DNA of 64,000 nucleotides from assembly GCA_964016885.1 (NCBI GenBank), contig OZ024742.1, positions 23,250,001-23,314,000 on the forward strand, in the 5' to 3' direction. Positions within the stretch are counted from its first letter, which is position 1. Each line of letters begins with the position of its first letter. Positions 1 through 13,861 of this stretch are shown here, piece by piece. The notes beneath the pieces were generated by a model. That model was given only the letters and a program-made list of their open reading frames with translations. It was not told the origin of the DNA and searched no databases. Source of the stretch: Eledone cirrhosa (lineage: Eukaryota). The translations under genes were made by a program, and so were the position numbers.

Positions 1-1178
1 CTTGGCTCATCGTTCTCTGCTCTCTTGCTTGTGGAGTCTCCCACAAAAAACATCACTAACAATTTCATTTTTAACTCCCCCAGCAATGCCCCGCGAATCT
101 GATATGAGATAAGGTTCATATTCTGTTGCTCATTGGTCAGACGGTTTCTCTCCAAGTGAAAATCAAAGCCACATTTAGCATGCGAGCGTAGTTTCCATCA
201 AATCGTCTTTCCAGCTTTGATGTAAGGCACAATGCTGCGTAGCCAAGGAAAGTAACACAGATAGCAGGTATTGAAAGAGGCTACTTTTCATGTCTGGAGT
301 TTCGATATCCAAACCCACCTTTTTGAGAGACTTTCAATGACCGCAGTTCAATTTGGTAAACCCATGCATTCTTTCTGTGATGTAATTATAATTAAGACAG
401 CACAACCATCTTAAACGTTGTTCGGTACATACCTACATTCTCTTAGCTACACTTGTTAGCTCATCAGTCACTATATCTTTGAAAATGAAATAGTCTTAGA
501 GAAAATCTTTGAAACAGTTTCTTTAGCATATGTAGCCAGTGTTTAGGCAGGTGATTTCTTTATAGTATTTTCTGTATTAGCTTCAAATTTAACCTTATTA
601 TGCCAACCCAAGACAGTACGCACTTATAAAAATGTATATTAATCATTTTTTGAAGTCCACTAACCTTTTGTGCCAGTATCCAATTATTAAGTCTCCTTTC
701 GGTGCGTCTGTAATATGGAGCTTTCCCACAGCTTTAGTGAATCTTTCCAATTTGATTATGTAAGTATTACTGTGCTTGTTGTTTGACGGAGTGTTTCCAT
801 GTCATTATAATCTTTCCTTTCCTTCCATATAATAGAGCAAAAGGATTTACGATCTTTCTGAAAATAGCATTTGTATATTAAGATAATGTTTGTCTACATT
901 CTCCGATAAACAGCTTATGGATTAGAAAGCAAGCTTGTGGTTAATGGTGGCTTGTTGTAGAGTTTCCTTCTGATAACTAAGCTTTTTACTTAGCATCTTA
1001 AATCCATATTTTAAAGTAATTAATATTCATCTCCACTACATGGATATATGATCTACTTACAGAATTACTTAAGGCCCGGTCATTAACAGAGTAACAATAT
1101 TTACTTTTCTTGATACAATAAACTTTTAGGGATTTGTTTATTCTAGAAAGCTCAAATGGTGAACATTTTATAAATTCT

Positions 1179-1278
<100 letters not shown>

Positions 1279-1591
1279 TTTCTGTCTGTGGTGTGTATGT
1301 GTGGTGTGTGTGTGTGTGTACATTTCTTTTTTAATTTCTCATCCTATTTCTCGATGAAGGATTAGAGTCCGAAACGCTAAGGCACTTTTCTTAGTGCAAT
1401 GAAAAAATCTATTAGTTCTACGTTCGATATAGCGTAGTTTGCTTTGTCATTGTTGTTTGCCGTTTACATCTAAATAAATAAATATATATCTTATATCCAT
1501 AACATGGATATTTCATCTGAGGAAGAAACTGTCAGAATCGTCTTATTTCGTGAAATCTTGGGTAAGGGAATAATTAAATTGTGTTGTTTAT

Positions 1592-1639
<48 letters not shown>

Positions 1640-1651
1640 CATATATATATA

Positions 1652-1723
<72 letters not shown>

Positions 1724-1741
1724 TATATATATATATATATC

Positions 1742-2093
1742 TATAGGCGGGTAAAATTCCCGAGATCCATGGACGAGTTCTCTCCAGCGGTCTCTGTCCC
1801 TCATTATCGCTGCCATGTCCTGCGTCTCCACCAGACCAGTGTCTGTCCTTAGGGCATCAACATACGTTAACCTTGGTCTTCCTCTTCCAGTGTGTCCATG
1901 TAGGGGCTCCCAAAGGAGCACTGAGTGCAATGTCAACGCTGGATGGGTCTGAGACTTGGACACTGACCAAGAAACTCACTCAGATGGTGGATGGGTGCTA
2001 CACGAGAATGGTGAGGATGGCTCTGAACATTAATCAGTATACACTGAGGATGAAAAACTCAGAGCTGTATGGGAGCATCCCAAAAGTCAGAGG
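1742..2093 (-). mobile_element. RTE-clade LINE 3' fragment with inverted 5' segment, inside (TA)n
   Basis: Minus strand 1742-1945 encodes [38 protein letters not shown] (RTE C-terminus). Plus strand 1943-2092 encodes the upstream GSETWTLTKK..DGCYTRMVRMALNI..NSELYG. Confidence 0.85.
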
Positions 2094-2169
<76 letters not shown>

Positions 2170-2900
2170 GTGCGTGTGCGCGCGCGCGCGTGTTTTTGTG
2201 TACGTGCTCGTATTTGCATACCCATGGCGGGTGTTTTCGCATATACATGTGTATGTACGTATATGGATGCGTGCATGTTTATATTTTGTTGATTACAATT
2301 ACCTCTGTAATTTATTTACATTATTCTTAACTCTGAAGCGGAGAATCATTCGGTTTCCTAAATAGAATTTCTGTCTACGACTTCAGTTATACCATAAGCG
2401 TGGTTTTGTCTTTGCGTGTAATTGTTCTAACCGCTCCACATATGACGTATTATCTTCGTTTTTTATGTTCTTTACCAGAGAACGTCTCCACGGATCATCT
2501 AATAGAATATTAGTCTACGACTTCTTTTATACTATAAACGTGGTTTTGTCCTTGCGTTTAATTGTTTTCTCCACTTCAAATAATTGTTTCTACTTTATGC
2601 ACAAGGCCAGCAATTAACCAGTTCATTACTGGTACTTTATTTTATCGATCCCGTAAAATTATATCTCCGCTTCAAATAATGACGTATTATCTTCGGTTTT
2701 TTTTTCGTTCTTTGCCAGGTAACGTTTCCACGAACGAAAGTATCGTCTTCCTGTCTTCCTTCGGTTGCAACGTTTTTCGAAATATTTACTTCCGCGTTCA
2801 CATATTGATTTTTTTAGTTTCAGAAGATCCCGTTAAGGGTGAAAGTAGCGATTCTTTGCTTAAACTTTAATCTGTTATTTTAATAAATATATATATACAT

Positions 2901-3033
2901 ATAGGAAAAAGTTTAACCCCGATAGCAGAGCTCAAGCCGTTTCGACGGCTATTTCTGGACCCACTCTACTACCAGAAGTATTGAGTACTCTGGTGCGTTA
3001 AGGTCCATCTGGTTCCTTACCACATTTACTTCG

Positions 3034-3034
<1 letters not shown>
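2901..3034 (+). mobile_element. ~140 bp (TA)n-associated non-autonomous element, 5' part inverted (family also at 26893, 55621, 63716)
   Basis: Shared sequence gtccagaaatagccgtcgaaacggcttgagctc...ggttccttaccaca, in whole or part, at four loci. Confidence 0.8.
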
Positions 3035-3102
<68 letters not shown>

Positions 3103-4164
3103 AATAAAGATTCAGCGAGAATCGCATTTCGGCGGGCAGGAAAAGTGAAGCGAAACGCAAAAATCAGAAATGATACTGGCAAAGTGCTCAATAGTTAAAA
3201 ACCAGAGCTAAACAATGTGTTAAGAAGCCATACAAAACTGAAAGGTGATCAAGAAGGCATTAACCACCCAAGCCAAAAACCAAATCAAGCTAAACAGGTC
3301 AAAACAAAATAAATTATAAAATATAAATCATAACCAGACCTGGACTCCCGAAATTGCTGTTAAAATCCGATGTAGAGTTTATATCCTCCCCGTTCGTATG
3401 CAACGATTCAAATAACACTCAAATACGAACTTGCTATCGCCGGAAATTCTACTTTGTACAATCATTGTCCAACAGTGTTTCCTAGAAAAAAGTTAAAGTT
3501 CACAACGATCGACAACTCCTCTAGGATGTCTGCTATATTTATTAAATTTCCTTCGACACTTCTACAATATTGCCGCTAAGGTTCTTGTTGCTTGTTCAAT
3601 AATCAGTTGCTTTGAGGAATAGGTCATAATAACTCGATTTTGTCATTATGTTTCCACTTGAAATAGTAGATCAGTACGCAATTATGAAAGGGTAAGTAGC
3701 AAACATCAGCCGAGGAATAGCATTTCTTTATCATTTCCTCAACGAACATTTTATATTGCTTTCATATTTGTCATCTACCCTGGTACGATAAAATACGATG
3801 TGTGAGTATGGTTCACTTTCCAATTGATTTATCTGATATGCTTGACATTTTAGTTACATAACTCTCCATATTAAATCACATTTTCGAAAGGAACGACACT
3901 ATCTCTAACATTTAATATATGGGGTTATTTAGAATGATTATTTGGTGTGGTGAAATCGTTAGAATATCGGATAATATGCCCGACATTGTTTCACATGAAT
4001 CATTTCTGGGTCCAAATCAAGTCATTTTTCTATTGTATGTCATTCCCCACTCTATACTGAATAATTTGAATTACCAGTCATGTACTGGGGTACGTTTAAT
4101 CAACTTTCTTATTCTTCTACTCTTTGCTGCACGTTCGTGTATATTATTATTATTATTATTATTA

Positions 4165-4380
4165 TTATGGATTGGCAGTATCAGTAGAGAGTCGGATGCC
4201 ATGCTTTGCAGCAAGGAGTAACGGCTCTTTATGATCTGAATTCAAATCCCGCCGAGGTTAACTTTGCCTTTCATCCTTACGGGGTCGATAAAATTAAGTA
4301 CCAGTCACGCACTGGGTCAATTTAATCGACTTTCCCCTCCGCCAAAATTGCTGGCCTTGTGCCTATATGAGAACCAATTA
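4165..4380 (+). mobile_element. Octopus-type SINE
   Basis: Core gttaactttgcctttcatcc..ggggtcgataaaa..aagtaccag occurs about 10 times in the window, here flanked by (TTA)n. Confidence 0.8.
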
Positions 4381-4396
4381 TTATTATTATTATGAA

Positions 4397-4565
4397 TCGG
4401 TAGAGGGTTGGACGCCATGCTTTCTAGCATATTTACGTCCCTTTACGGTCTGAGTTCAAATCCCGTCGAAGTTAACTTTGACTTACATTCTTACGGCGTC
4501 TATAAAATAAAGTACCAGTAATGTACTGGGATAATTACTGACCTTGTGCCGAAAGGAGAAACAGT
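4397..4565 (+). mobile_element. Octopus-type SINE (tandem copy)
   Basis: Same core as 4165-4380. Confidence 0.75.
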
Positions 4566-4579
4566 TATTATTATTATGA

Positions 4580-4893
4580 ATTTGATATTTCAATCATTGG
4601 TGTTATTTTCCCAGTAAACTTGCTCTAATGAACATCAAGCTGCTACCTGCAGCGTCAGATAGTCGGAGAGTCCTTGCTGTTCCCAGTAGGTATGCCTTTC
4701 GAAGGATTCTATAAAAAGGGGGCTTGCCAAATATTCCTTAATCAGCATTGAAAACCCTTCGGCTACCTAGTACTCCTATGACGATGGGGACGATCTAGAT
4801 CTTATGGCAGTCTCAAATCCTTTTCAGTTTTCACTTTAGATCCTGGTACTAGTTAATTTTCTCGTTCTCATTTTCTTGCACTCTTGTGTCCCA
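4580..4893 (-). mobile_element. R4/Dong-clade non-LTR retrotransposon 3' remnant (RLE C-terminus)
   Basis: Reverse complement reads WDTRVQENENEKIN*YQDLK..IVPIVIGVLG..LRKAYLLGTARTLR with stops, and ends near (TAA)n. Confidence 0.7.
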
Positions 4894-4909
4894 TCATCAT
4901 TATTATCAG

Positions 4910-5110
4910 GGCATTGGATTGACAGTAACGGTAGAGCTTCAGACAACATCCTTTGTCACATATAGTTACGTCCCTTTACGTTCTGAGTTCAAACAATGAA
5001 GTTAAAGTTGTCTTTTATCCTGATGTGGTCGATAAAATAAATTACCAGTAAAGCACTGGCTCGATTTAATCGACTTCTCCCCACAAAAATATTTCTGTCA
5101 TTGTGCATAT
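4910..5110 (+). mobile_element. Octopus-type SINE (diverged)
   Basis: Same core as 4165-4380. Confidence 0.7.
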
Positions 5111-5486
5111 AGTCATTACGATTATCATTACAATAATTCACATATAACATGTTTGCATGCTGTATTTCTGCTCATAACTTTTGTCATAGCTTTTTTAAGC
5201 TTTTCCTCGCCTTGAGCCACATTACTGTTTACAATGTATACTTTGTTTGCTCTGCAACAGCTGCAAAGATTTATTTTATTTTGAAGTATTGCGGACAATA
5301 TTTGAACTTTAAATAAAAGATACGCCTCCCTATTGTTTGAATGAAAGTATGGCTGTACCCGCCCCCACTCACTCAAGTTCCGCAGAATCAAACTGCCAAA
5401 TATAGATAGACAAATAGATAGATAAACAGGCAGAGTGACAGATAAATAGATAGATATATAGATAGGCAGATGGAAAGATTGATGGA

Positions 5487-5548
<62 letters not shown>

Positions 5549-5553
<5 letters not shown>

Positions 5554-6490
5554 GAAAGGTATAGAAATTGTTTTAGCGATAAGCTAACAGTATTCCATAA
5601 CATATATGCGACTATGTCGTCAAGATGGGAAAAATAGTTAACGTAAGATGTAGGAAAAATAATTCAAACTCATCTCAAAAGAGAATCATCACCACAGAAT
5701 TTAGTGAAACCCAGGGAAAAATCGATAGAGCCATAACTCATGATAAAATAAAGTCTAAAATACTTATCCTTCAATTTGGAATAACATCAAATGCTCTGTA
5801 TAGTCTTGAAGACTATTTCATGAAAACTTTCAGTGGAGATGGTCACGGTTGGAGTTCATCATCAGCAGAGCTCAACTCGATAACTAGGGCTCTCACAGAA
5901 TTATAAGCCAAAAAGGGAATTCTAAAACTGGCTAGTTCACCATCATGCGTGATTATGAAAAACTCACATGAGGAAAAACTGGGCTAGCGACGTCAGGATG
6001 AAAATGAATGTTTGTTTACAAGAAATAACAGTCAAATACATTCCGAAAAAAATTCTACAAAAGGAGTTCAGCAAACAGCAATATTATCGCAGTTTTTATA
6101 AAAAAAAACCGGGATTAGTCACAGATAATTTAAGCACTCAAGGAAATAAAAACGAGTATGAATATATAAATGAAAGGTATAGAAATTGTTTTAGCGATAA
6201 GCTAACAGTATTCCATAACATATATGCGACTCTGTCGTCAAGATGGGAAACATAGTTAACGTAAGATGTAGGAAAAATAATTCAAACTCATCTCAAAAGA
6301 GAATCAGGATATAAATTCATCCACAGAATTTAGTGAAATCCAGGGAAAAATCGATAGAGCCTTAACTCATGATAAAATAAAGTCTAAAATACTTATCCTT
6401 CAATTTGGAAAAACATCAAATGCTCTGTATAGTCTTGAAGACTATTTCATGAAAACTTTCAGTGGAGATGGCCACGGTTGGAATTCATCA
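5549..6490. repeat. Near-identical ~315 bp direct repeats (5549-5860 and 6167-6490) flanking ~300 bp of unique sequence
   Basis: aatgaaaggtatagaaattg...ggagatgg(t/c)cacggttgga occurs twice. Confidence 0.85.
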
Positions 6491-6503
6491 TAATCCTTTA
6501 TTT

Positions 6504-6559
6504 ACTGCTATATATATTTCGATGAAAGCCATTGATTGGCTATGACCTCATCAGGCAGT
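6504..6559 (-). ncRNA. Minimal type I hammerhead ribozyme
   Basis: actgc-CTGATGA-stem II-GAAA-tatata-TA-gcagt. Confidence 0.75.
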
Positions 6560-6624
6560 TAGTCAGGTTTTAGATATGCAGGATCTGTGTTTATAGTGTT
6601 GATGGTATCAGAGCCTTGGGACAT

Positions 6625-6720
<96 letters not shown>

Positions 6721-6801
6721 TTATTTATATACATATGTCCCAAGGCTCTGATGCCATCAACACTCTATAAACACAGATCCTGCATATCTAAGAACTGACT
6801 A

Positions 6802-6857
6802 ACTGCCTGATGAGGTCATATCCATTCTATGGCTTTCATCGAAATATATATAGCAGT
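6802..6857 (+). ncRNA. Minimal type I hammerhead ribozyme
   Basis: actgc-CTGATGA-ggtcatatccattctatggctttcatc-GAAA-tatata-TA-gcagt. Confidence 0.75.
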
Positions 6858-6983
6858 AAATAAAGGATTATGAGTTCATGCAATTGACTTATGTTTCGTC
6901 ACTATATATATATATTTATATAGATAGAGAGATAGAGAGATAGATAGGCAGACAGGAGAACAGACAGACAGGCAGATAGATAG

Positions 6984-9900
6984 TTACATTTCTTTATTAG
7001 CCACAAGGGCACAAAAGAAGGGGACAAATACAAATGGGGAGTTTACATACAGGTTTATGAAAATAAAACTATTAATAAAATAACAAATAAATAACAATTG
7101 AAATCCCCAATAGGCGGGAGGCGTTACACAGGGGTTGTACACACCCCGAAAAAATGTACAACCCTCAACTCTAGGAGCACCAAGAGTGAGTACTCCCTTC
7201 CTCTCTTCCTCTTTTTCCTCAACCTACAGGCTTATATAGAGAGAAGGCGCAACCACTCGGGCCATCTTTGCCACATTCATCACCTTTTATAAAATTTGCT
7301 GGGGTAGAGCACCTCTCTCTCCATCCTGATTCTTCTTCCAAAATGATATTTGAAAAAAACGAATCAGTTGCTCGCCGGAGAGAAAGGTGTCTGACCTCAC
7401 CCCTTTTAACCTCGTCCACCATATAACCTCTTTCACCATAGCCATAACACAGAGGAAAACCGCCTCTCGCTCGTTTTTGAAGGAGGGTGGCGGTTTGATC
7501 ATGACAAACTCGGTGGTCAACTGGATTGGTCCCACCAGCGACAATAGTCGTTCTACATAGCCCCACAGGTCGGTAGCGGCCGGGCAGTGTACAAATGCGT
7601 GCGCCGCGGTTTCTTCGTCGCGCACGCATCTCGGACAGATCTTTTTCGAAGGATCCCTGCACGGGTGCCCGTGTCTGTAGAGATTATCTCCAACTGGTAG
7701 TGCTTCTCGGTAGCACTGCCAGGCCGGGGACTTTTGGAAGTTGTCCATTGGTCCCGGGCGGAAGGTCCTACCGAACAGACTGGCCAGTTCGTCCTCCTGT
7801 ACGCCTAGAGTTACTCCGAGCACGTCGTCGCACTTGCTGCGGACCAACCCTCTATAGAATGTCGAAACGGAGTCTTTACGTCGTCGGCGTAAGCCGACGC
7901 CGCTTTTCGCAGTCCCGGTTCCAAAGGGATGCCCTGCAATAGCTACAACTTCCGCAGTAGTGGCTCGAGAGTCAGTATGTACTGTAGGGAGGAGAGAGGG
8001 CATCCCTGTCGCATGGATCGTGTGATATGGAACGCCTCCAGGAGGTAGCCGTTCACCTTCACCCTTGAGCAGATGTTGCTGCTGTGCATTGCAGCAATCC
8101 AGCCCCTGAACACGGGTCCGAAGCCTGCCGCCTCGACCACCGCATCCAGGTAACGATGGTCAACCCTATCGAAAGCCTTATACTGATCCAAGTTGATCAA
8201 GGCCCCACCGAAGACGGATTTACACCCTACCCTCTCTATGATATATCGCATATGGTGCAGGTTGTCGTGTATGGACCTGGTCGGGATTGCGCATGTCTGA
8301 GCTTCTCCCACCAGGTTTTCGACGACAAGCGCCAGCCTCTTTGCCAACACATTGGCCAAAATCTGTAACTCTGTGTTTAGCAGAATTATGGGCCGGAAGT
8401 TGCCTATGTCACCCCCCTTATTCTCGCCCTTCCTGACTAACGTGACTACGCCCTTGGTCACAGAACTGGGAATTCTCCCGTTCTGCTGCCAGTTGCAGTT
8501 GACCGCTTCCAGCAGACCGGAGAACAAGTCCGGCAGAGCTACGTAAAATTCGTAGGGTAGACCGTCGAGACCTGGAGATTTGCGTTTGCCGCATTGGCTC
8601 AGCGCGAAATCTCAGCAGCAGAAATCGACCTTTCGCAGAACTTCGCCTTGCTGTCTGAGAGTCGCGGTAGGCCGTCGAGGTATGGACCGAAATCAATAGC
8701 CCCTCCCGGCGCGCCTCCCTCCCCGAACAGTTGAGCAAAGTGCCGCTTAAAGGCCGCGCACATCTGCTTCGGCTCACGAATCACGCGTCCGTCTTGGTCT
8801 TTCAAAGACCGAATCGTGGATTTGTTGTCACTTTTCCCCTCCGTCACTCGGGCCCAGCTAACAGCTTTGGCTCCCTCGTTTCCCAGAGTACGTATTTTGC
8901 TTCTGACAGCGCAGCCTTCATGCTTTGCGTCGAAGAACTGGTCCAAGGCCGTCATCGTCGCTAGCACGCTGGCTACGTTGCGACTCCTAAGTGCCTGTTC
9001 TACTTTATCTACCAGTTCCTTTTCGGGTTTAGTTCTATATAACACTAATTCTTTACTAAAACCTATGGAGTCTAATCTAACTGCCCTCTTGGGAGAGTAC
9101 CTCCATCTGTTGTTGACAATGGCCCCCGTCAAGTGCTGCTTAACTAAAGTGCTAATCCGTCTACTGTAAGCTTTGCATGGCGGTAACGACAAGTTCAGCT
9201 TCCAGTAGCCGAGTCCCTGTCTATGGGTTTTGTCAAGGTTGACTAAGCAGGTCACTAATTTGTGATCTGAATAGGCAACCATGAACATTTGTGGACAGCT
9301 TAACATGTCCCCATCCTTCTTTCTAACTAGAACCCTATCTAGGTACGATCTAGGTACGATCCGATACGATTAGTCCAAGTCCACAGTGGCACCTCACGGC
9401 TGACAGAGAGATGCGTAGATCTCAAAGTCGTGGAAGATGGGGGCCAGCTTTCGCTCGCTGTTGATCCCGGACTCGCAAATGGCTACTACATCCATACTGT
9501 GTGACCTGAAGTCGTTTAAGAGTTTGCTCTGTTTCCAGGGCATCCCCAGGTTGGAAAATTCACACATCCAACTCTTATATTGGCCATGTTGATGCTGAAA
9601 AGTTAAATGAAGAGGAAACGAAATCACTCACCTCTTCGTCTCCTGGGGACCAGACTGCACAATTTCCATGGGGTTGTTGGAGGGGTTGTTTGGTGGGGGG
9701 TGTCTCTGGAGGGGTGGGGACGGACATGTTAGGTGGGGAGGGGTGTCTGGTGGGATGGGGGTGGGGGTGGGAAAACATTTTAACAGGATTCGATTGTAGG
9801 GTTTGACGCAGGAGTTACCTACGTCGTTAGGAATTATTTTAAAAATTGTTTATGTGTGTCCATGGAGGTCCTAATCATTTTAAGATTAGGATTCTTCGAA

Positions 9901-10640
9901 GAGTGTGTAAAAGTTTTCCCTTTGGTCTCCACTGAAGGGTTTTTATATATGGTGTCTGTTAAAGTTTTATTGTTAGTATTTATGTAGGTGTAACATTTTT
10001 GTTGTGTTGTGCTTTTTGTCTGTGGTTCTTTTGTGTGTTTACGTTTTGTAGTAGGTGTTTTATTTTCAGGAGGGGGTGTTTTTGTTTGTGCTGTTTGCGT
10101 CTCCTGTGTTGGTGTTTGTGTGTTTGTTGCATTTTTGTTTGCGTTATGTCTTATCTTTTTTCTTTTTACTGGTCGGAAAGGCTCTCCTTCATCGTCACTG
10201 CGTGACGATGATGAGGCCTCATCCATGTTGTTGGGGAGGGGTACATTTTGGCGAGCTATTATGTGTGTGGGTGTTTCTGGAGTTGTTTTAGGTGCGGAGG
10301 GGTTGGGTGGGACTGTGTTTGTCGTTTGTTTTGTTGTCACTATTTTTTATGTTGTTGTTGTTTTGGTGGTGGTGGTGGTGATTGTTGTGCTGGTGTTGCA
10401 GGTGTTGGCAGCAGTGCCTTTTTTTTTGGCTAGTTAGCCGAGGACAGGAAGCTCTCAGGTGACCCCTGCTTAAGTAGTGGTAACATGAGGGCCGCCTACC
10501 CTCGACCGTAATGTTTATGTATATAAGCCCATCCAGCAGCACACGTTCCGGGATCCTAGCTATTCTTTCTGGTGTCATTTGGACCAGAACTTCCAGGCTA
10601 TTTCTGCTGAATAGGTCGCCGGAGCACTTACCTACCGATA
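6984..10640 (-). mobile_element. L1/Tx1-clade LINE A: 5'-truncated, internally deleted, frameshifted
   Basis: ORF1 remnant has a zinc knuckle (GRRPSCYHYLSRGHLRASCP). ORF2 ATG is at 9587, with APE (SDH), RT (NFRPIILLN, KAFDRVDH, RQGCPLS) and a C-terminal Cys motif. The 3' end is cttgtggctaataaa. Confidence 0.9.
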
Positions 10641-10649
10641 TTATATAGG

Positions 10650-10836
10650 GTGGTGGATTGGCAGTATCGGTAGAGGGTCGGACACAATGCTTTCCAGCAT
10701 AGTTAAGTCCCTTTACGATCTGAGTTCAAATCCCGCCGAGGTTGACTTTACCTTTCATCCTTACGAGGTCGATAAAATAAAGTACCAGTAATGCACTGGG
10801 TATTTGCTGGCCTTGTGCCTAAATTAGAAACAATTA
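10650..10836 (+). mobile_element. Octopus-type SINE
   Basis: Same core as 4165-4380. Confidence 0.8.
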
Positions 10837-12326
10837 TATAGTGTTATATAGATAAATAGATATATAGATAGCCAGGCAGATAGATAAATAGGTATATAGA
10901 TGTAGGTTTAAAACTAAGGAGAAAGAGAGGGAGTGTTTGTAAAGGAAGGCGAGATCCATATATTTAGATGTGAACTAACAGTCGACATATATTCTATCTG
11001 GTTATGTATTCCGATATGCATACAACCATTTACTAAATAACAGTAATCAGCAAATAGACGAAGCCTTGCACGGTTTATAGCTTCTCTAGGAGATCTCAAA
11101 GGGCCACTGACAATACGGTAAAACATTTTTCACGGCATCACGTCATCTATGTGGATATTTTAAAGGATATATTTATGGTTTAATGTCGAGAGACAGCCGG
11201 GGAGGGTGGATTATGGTCTACAACATAATGGGGTCGTAGTCGCTATAGATAATAATAGCTTTCTTAGATTTATTATATAGAAACTACGTAAGTTAACAGT
11301 TACAACTTGATAACGTCTTTCACATTTGGTGGTTGTTACGGTTCGGTTCGGTATGCCGAAAATGGGAAGGTGGCCGATCTGCGTTCAGTTTGTCGAATTT
11401 GGAGGAGGAGTCGCAGGGTGGTCTATCAGCAATCATGGGAGAAGAGTGGCGTTCGTTATAGGGTGGTTTTCCAAGTGTTTCCGGGCTGATAGGAGCAATA
11501 AAGGTCTTACATATATATTTACTTCATGCTATAATTATCTAAACCTAACAAAACTAGCATTTTTCCGGTATTCTGAGCTCTCTGACGTAATTACCAGTAA
11601 TATGCGGTGATGTAGTCTTACAGAATAAGAAAATCACTCTTAATATTCAAAATTGCCAGACTTTCTTTTTTCATAAATATGTTGAAATGACAAATGAATT
11701 TTAGGTGTAGTGACCTTTCTGTGTATAGTTACTAACATAATGTGGATAGTCCTAGTGACATCTTAGTTGTATGTGTATATATTGAATTATTAAGAACTTA
11801 CGTGTGTCTTTATATGTAAATCTATCTATATTTCTGCACTGTTTCAATGATTTATATATATGGAAAACAAAATCACAGCTAGATATTTCAACATTTCTTT
11901 CAAATGATTTACAAAAAAAATAAAAATAAAAATAAAAATTTCAAAGAATGTTTCTTTTCCATATACGAAATATTTTATTAATGTTTCTAGTGTTTGATTA
12001 TAAGTTGTTACATAAACAACTGTTTAAAAAGTAGGCAAGACGTGATTTCTGACCCAAACCTACTGAATTCGCTATAAAACACAAGATCAAAGGAAGCTGT
12101 TTTCCGTCATAATGTATACTTTTGGAAAATATAATCAATAATTTGAAGAAATATTTATCATGTATGTATATTCATAACACTGTGTTGGTTTTTTAATGCA
12201 TATGTAAATTTTAAATGTTTTATACTTGCATATATTTACCAAGCAATCAATGATTATCTAGCTATATATCTCAGTCGGTCTTTTTTCTTAATTGCCGATA
12301 CGTACACACACATACACACTTACATG

Positions 12327-12378
<52 letters not shown>

Positions 12379-12479
12379 CATATATATACATGTACATATA
12401 TATGTATATATGTACATGTATATATATGTTTATATATATCTATATATATATATATATATGAACATATATATACATGTAC

Positions 12480-12515
<36 letters not shown>

Positions 12516-12541
12516 AATATATATATGTATATATATATATG

Positions 12542-12605
<64 letters not shown>

Positions 12606-12641
12606 TGTGTATTATATATGGAGTGTGTGGGCCGTATGTTT

Positions 12642-12722
<81 letters not shown>

Positions 12723-12725
<3 letters not shown>

Positions 12726-12801
12726 GGTGTCCCAATAAAATTGACATCATTTCATATTCTAATAACATAGACAATTCTTTCACATTTTTTGGGACACCCT
12801 G
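12723..12801. mobile_element. Tc1/mariner-type micro-MITE (79 bp)
   Basis: TIRs cagggtgtcccaa / ttgggacaccctg, with TA on both sides. Confidence 0.75.
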
Positions 12802-13274
12802 TATATATGCGTACATGTGTGTATGTGTGTATGCATGTGTGTGTGTACGTGTGTTTGTGTATGTGTGTATTTGTGTGTATGCGTGGGTGTGTGTATTCAT
12901 ATGTATGAGTTGCAGAATTTAAATTGAGTGGTAACAGGTTTGTATGTCTAATGGCTGATCACGTGTTAAGGGAGATTAAATAGGATAAATCTTTCTCCCA
13001 TCTAAATTATTCTGTCTTTACCATCACTTGATACTTTTGGTAATATCCTTGGCATCTTGACTAAACAAGACCCGGATATTTTACTGCCGACAGAGACGGC
13101 CAAAAGTGAGAAGAGCTCCATGAAAATATCAGCTAATATACAATAGGACTCATCTTCGATGAGATATTCAAATGTTTCCTTTACGGGGGTAGGCTGAAAC
13201 GTTCATAGCCTGACTATGAAAGAGGGATGCTAGTCCTGTGAAATCTTGCTTGCATTAAGTTCATCTCTTTTTAT

Positions 13275-13860
<586 letters not shown>

Positions 13861-13861
<1 letters not shown>

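Larger units (their letters stand above)
6488..6905. mobile_element. Palindromic non-autonomous Penelope-type element with central (TA)n and two hammerheads
   Basis: 6488-6625 is the reverse complement of 6735-6872. A single-arm copy lies at 53380-53548. Confidence 0.8.

Noticed and set aside
1345-1385. Hammerhead-like tcgatgaagg..ccgaaacgcta
   Set aside because: The core is altered and there is no adjacent stem I. At most it is a decayed remnant.
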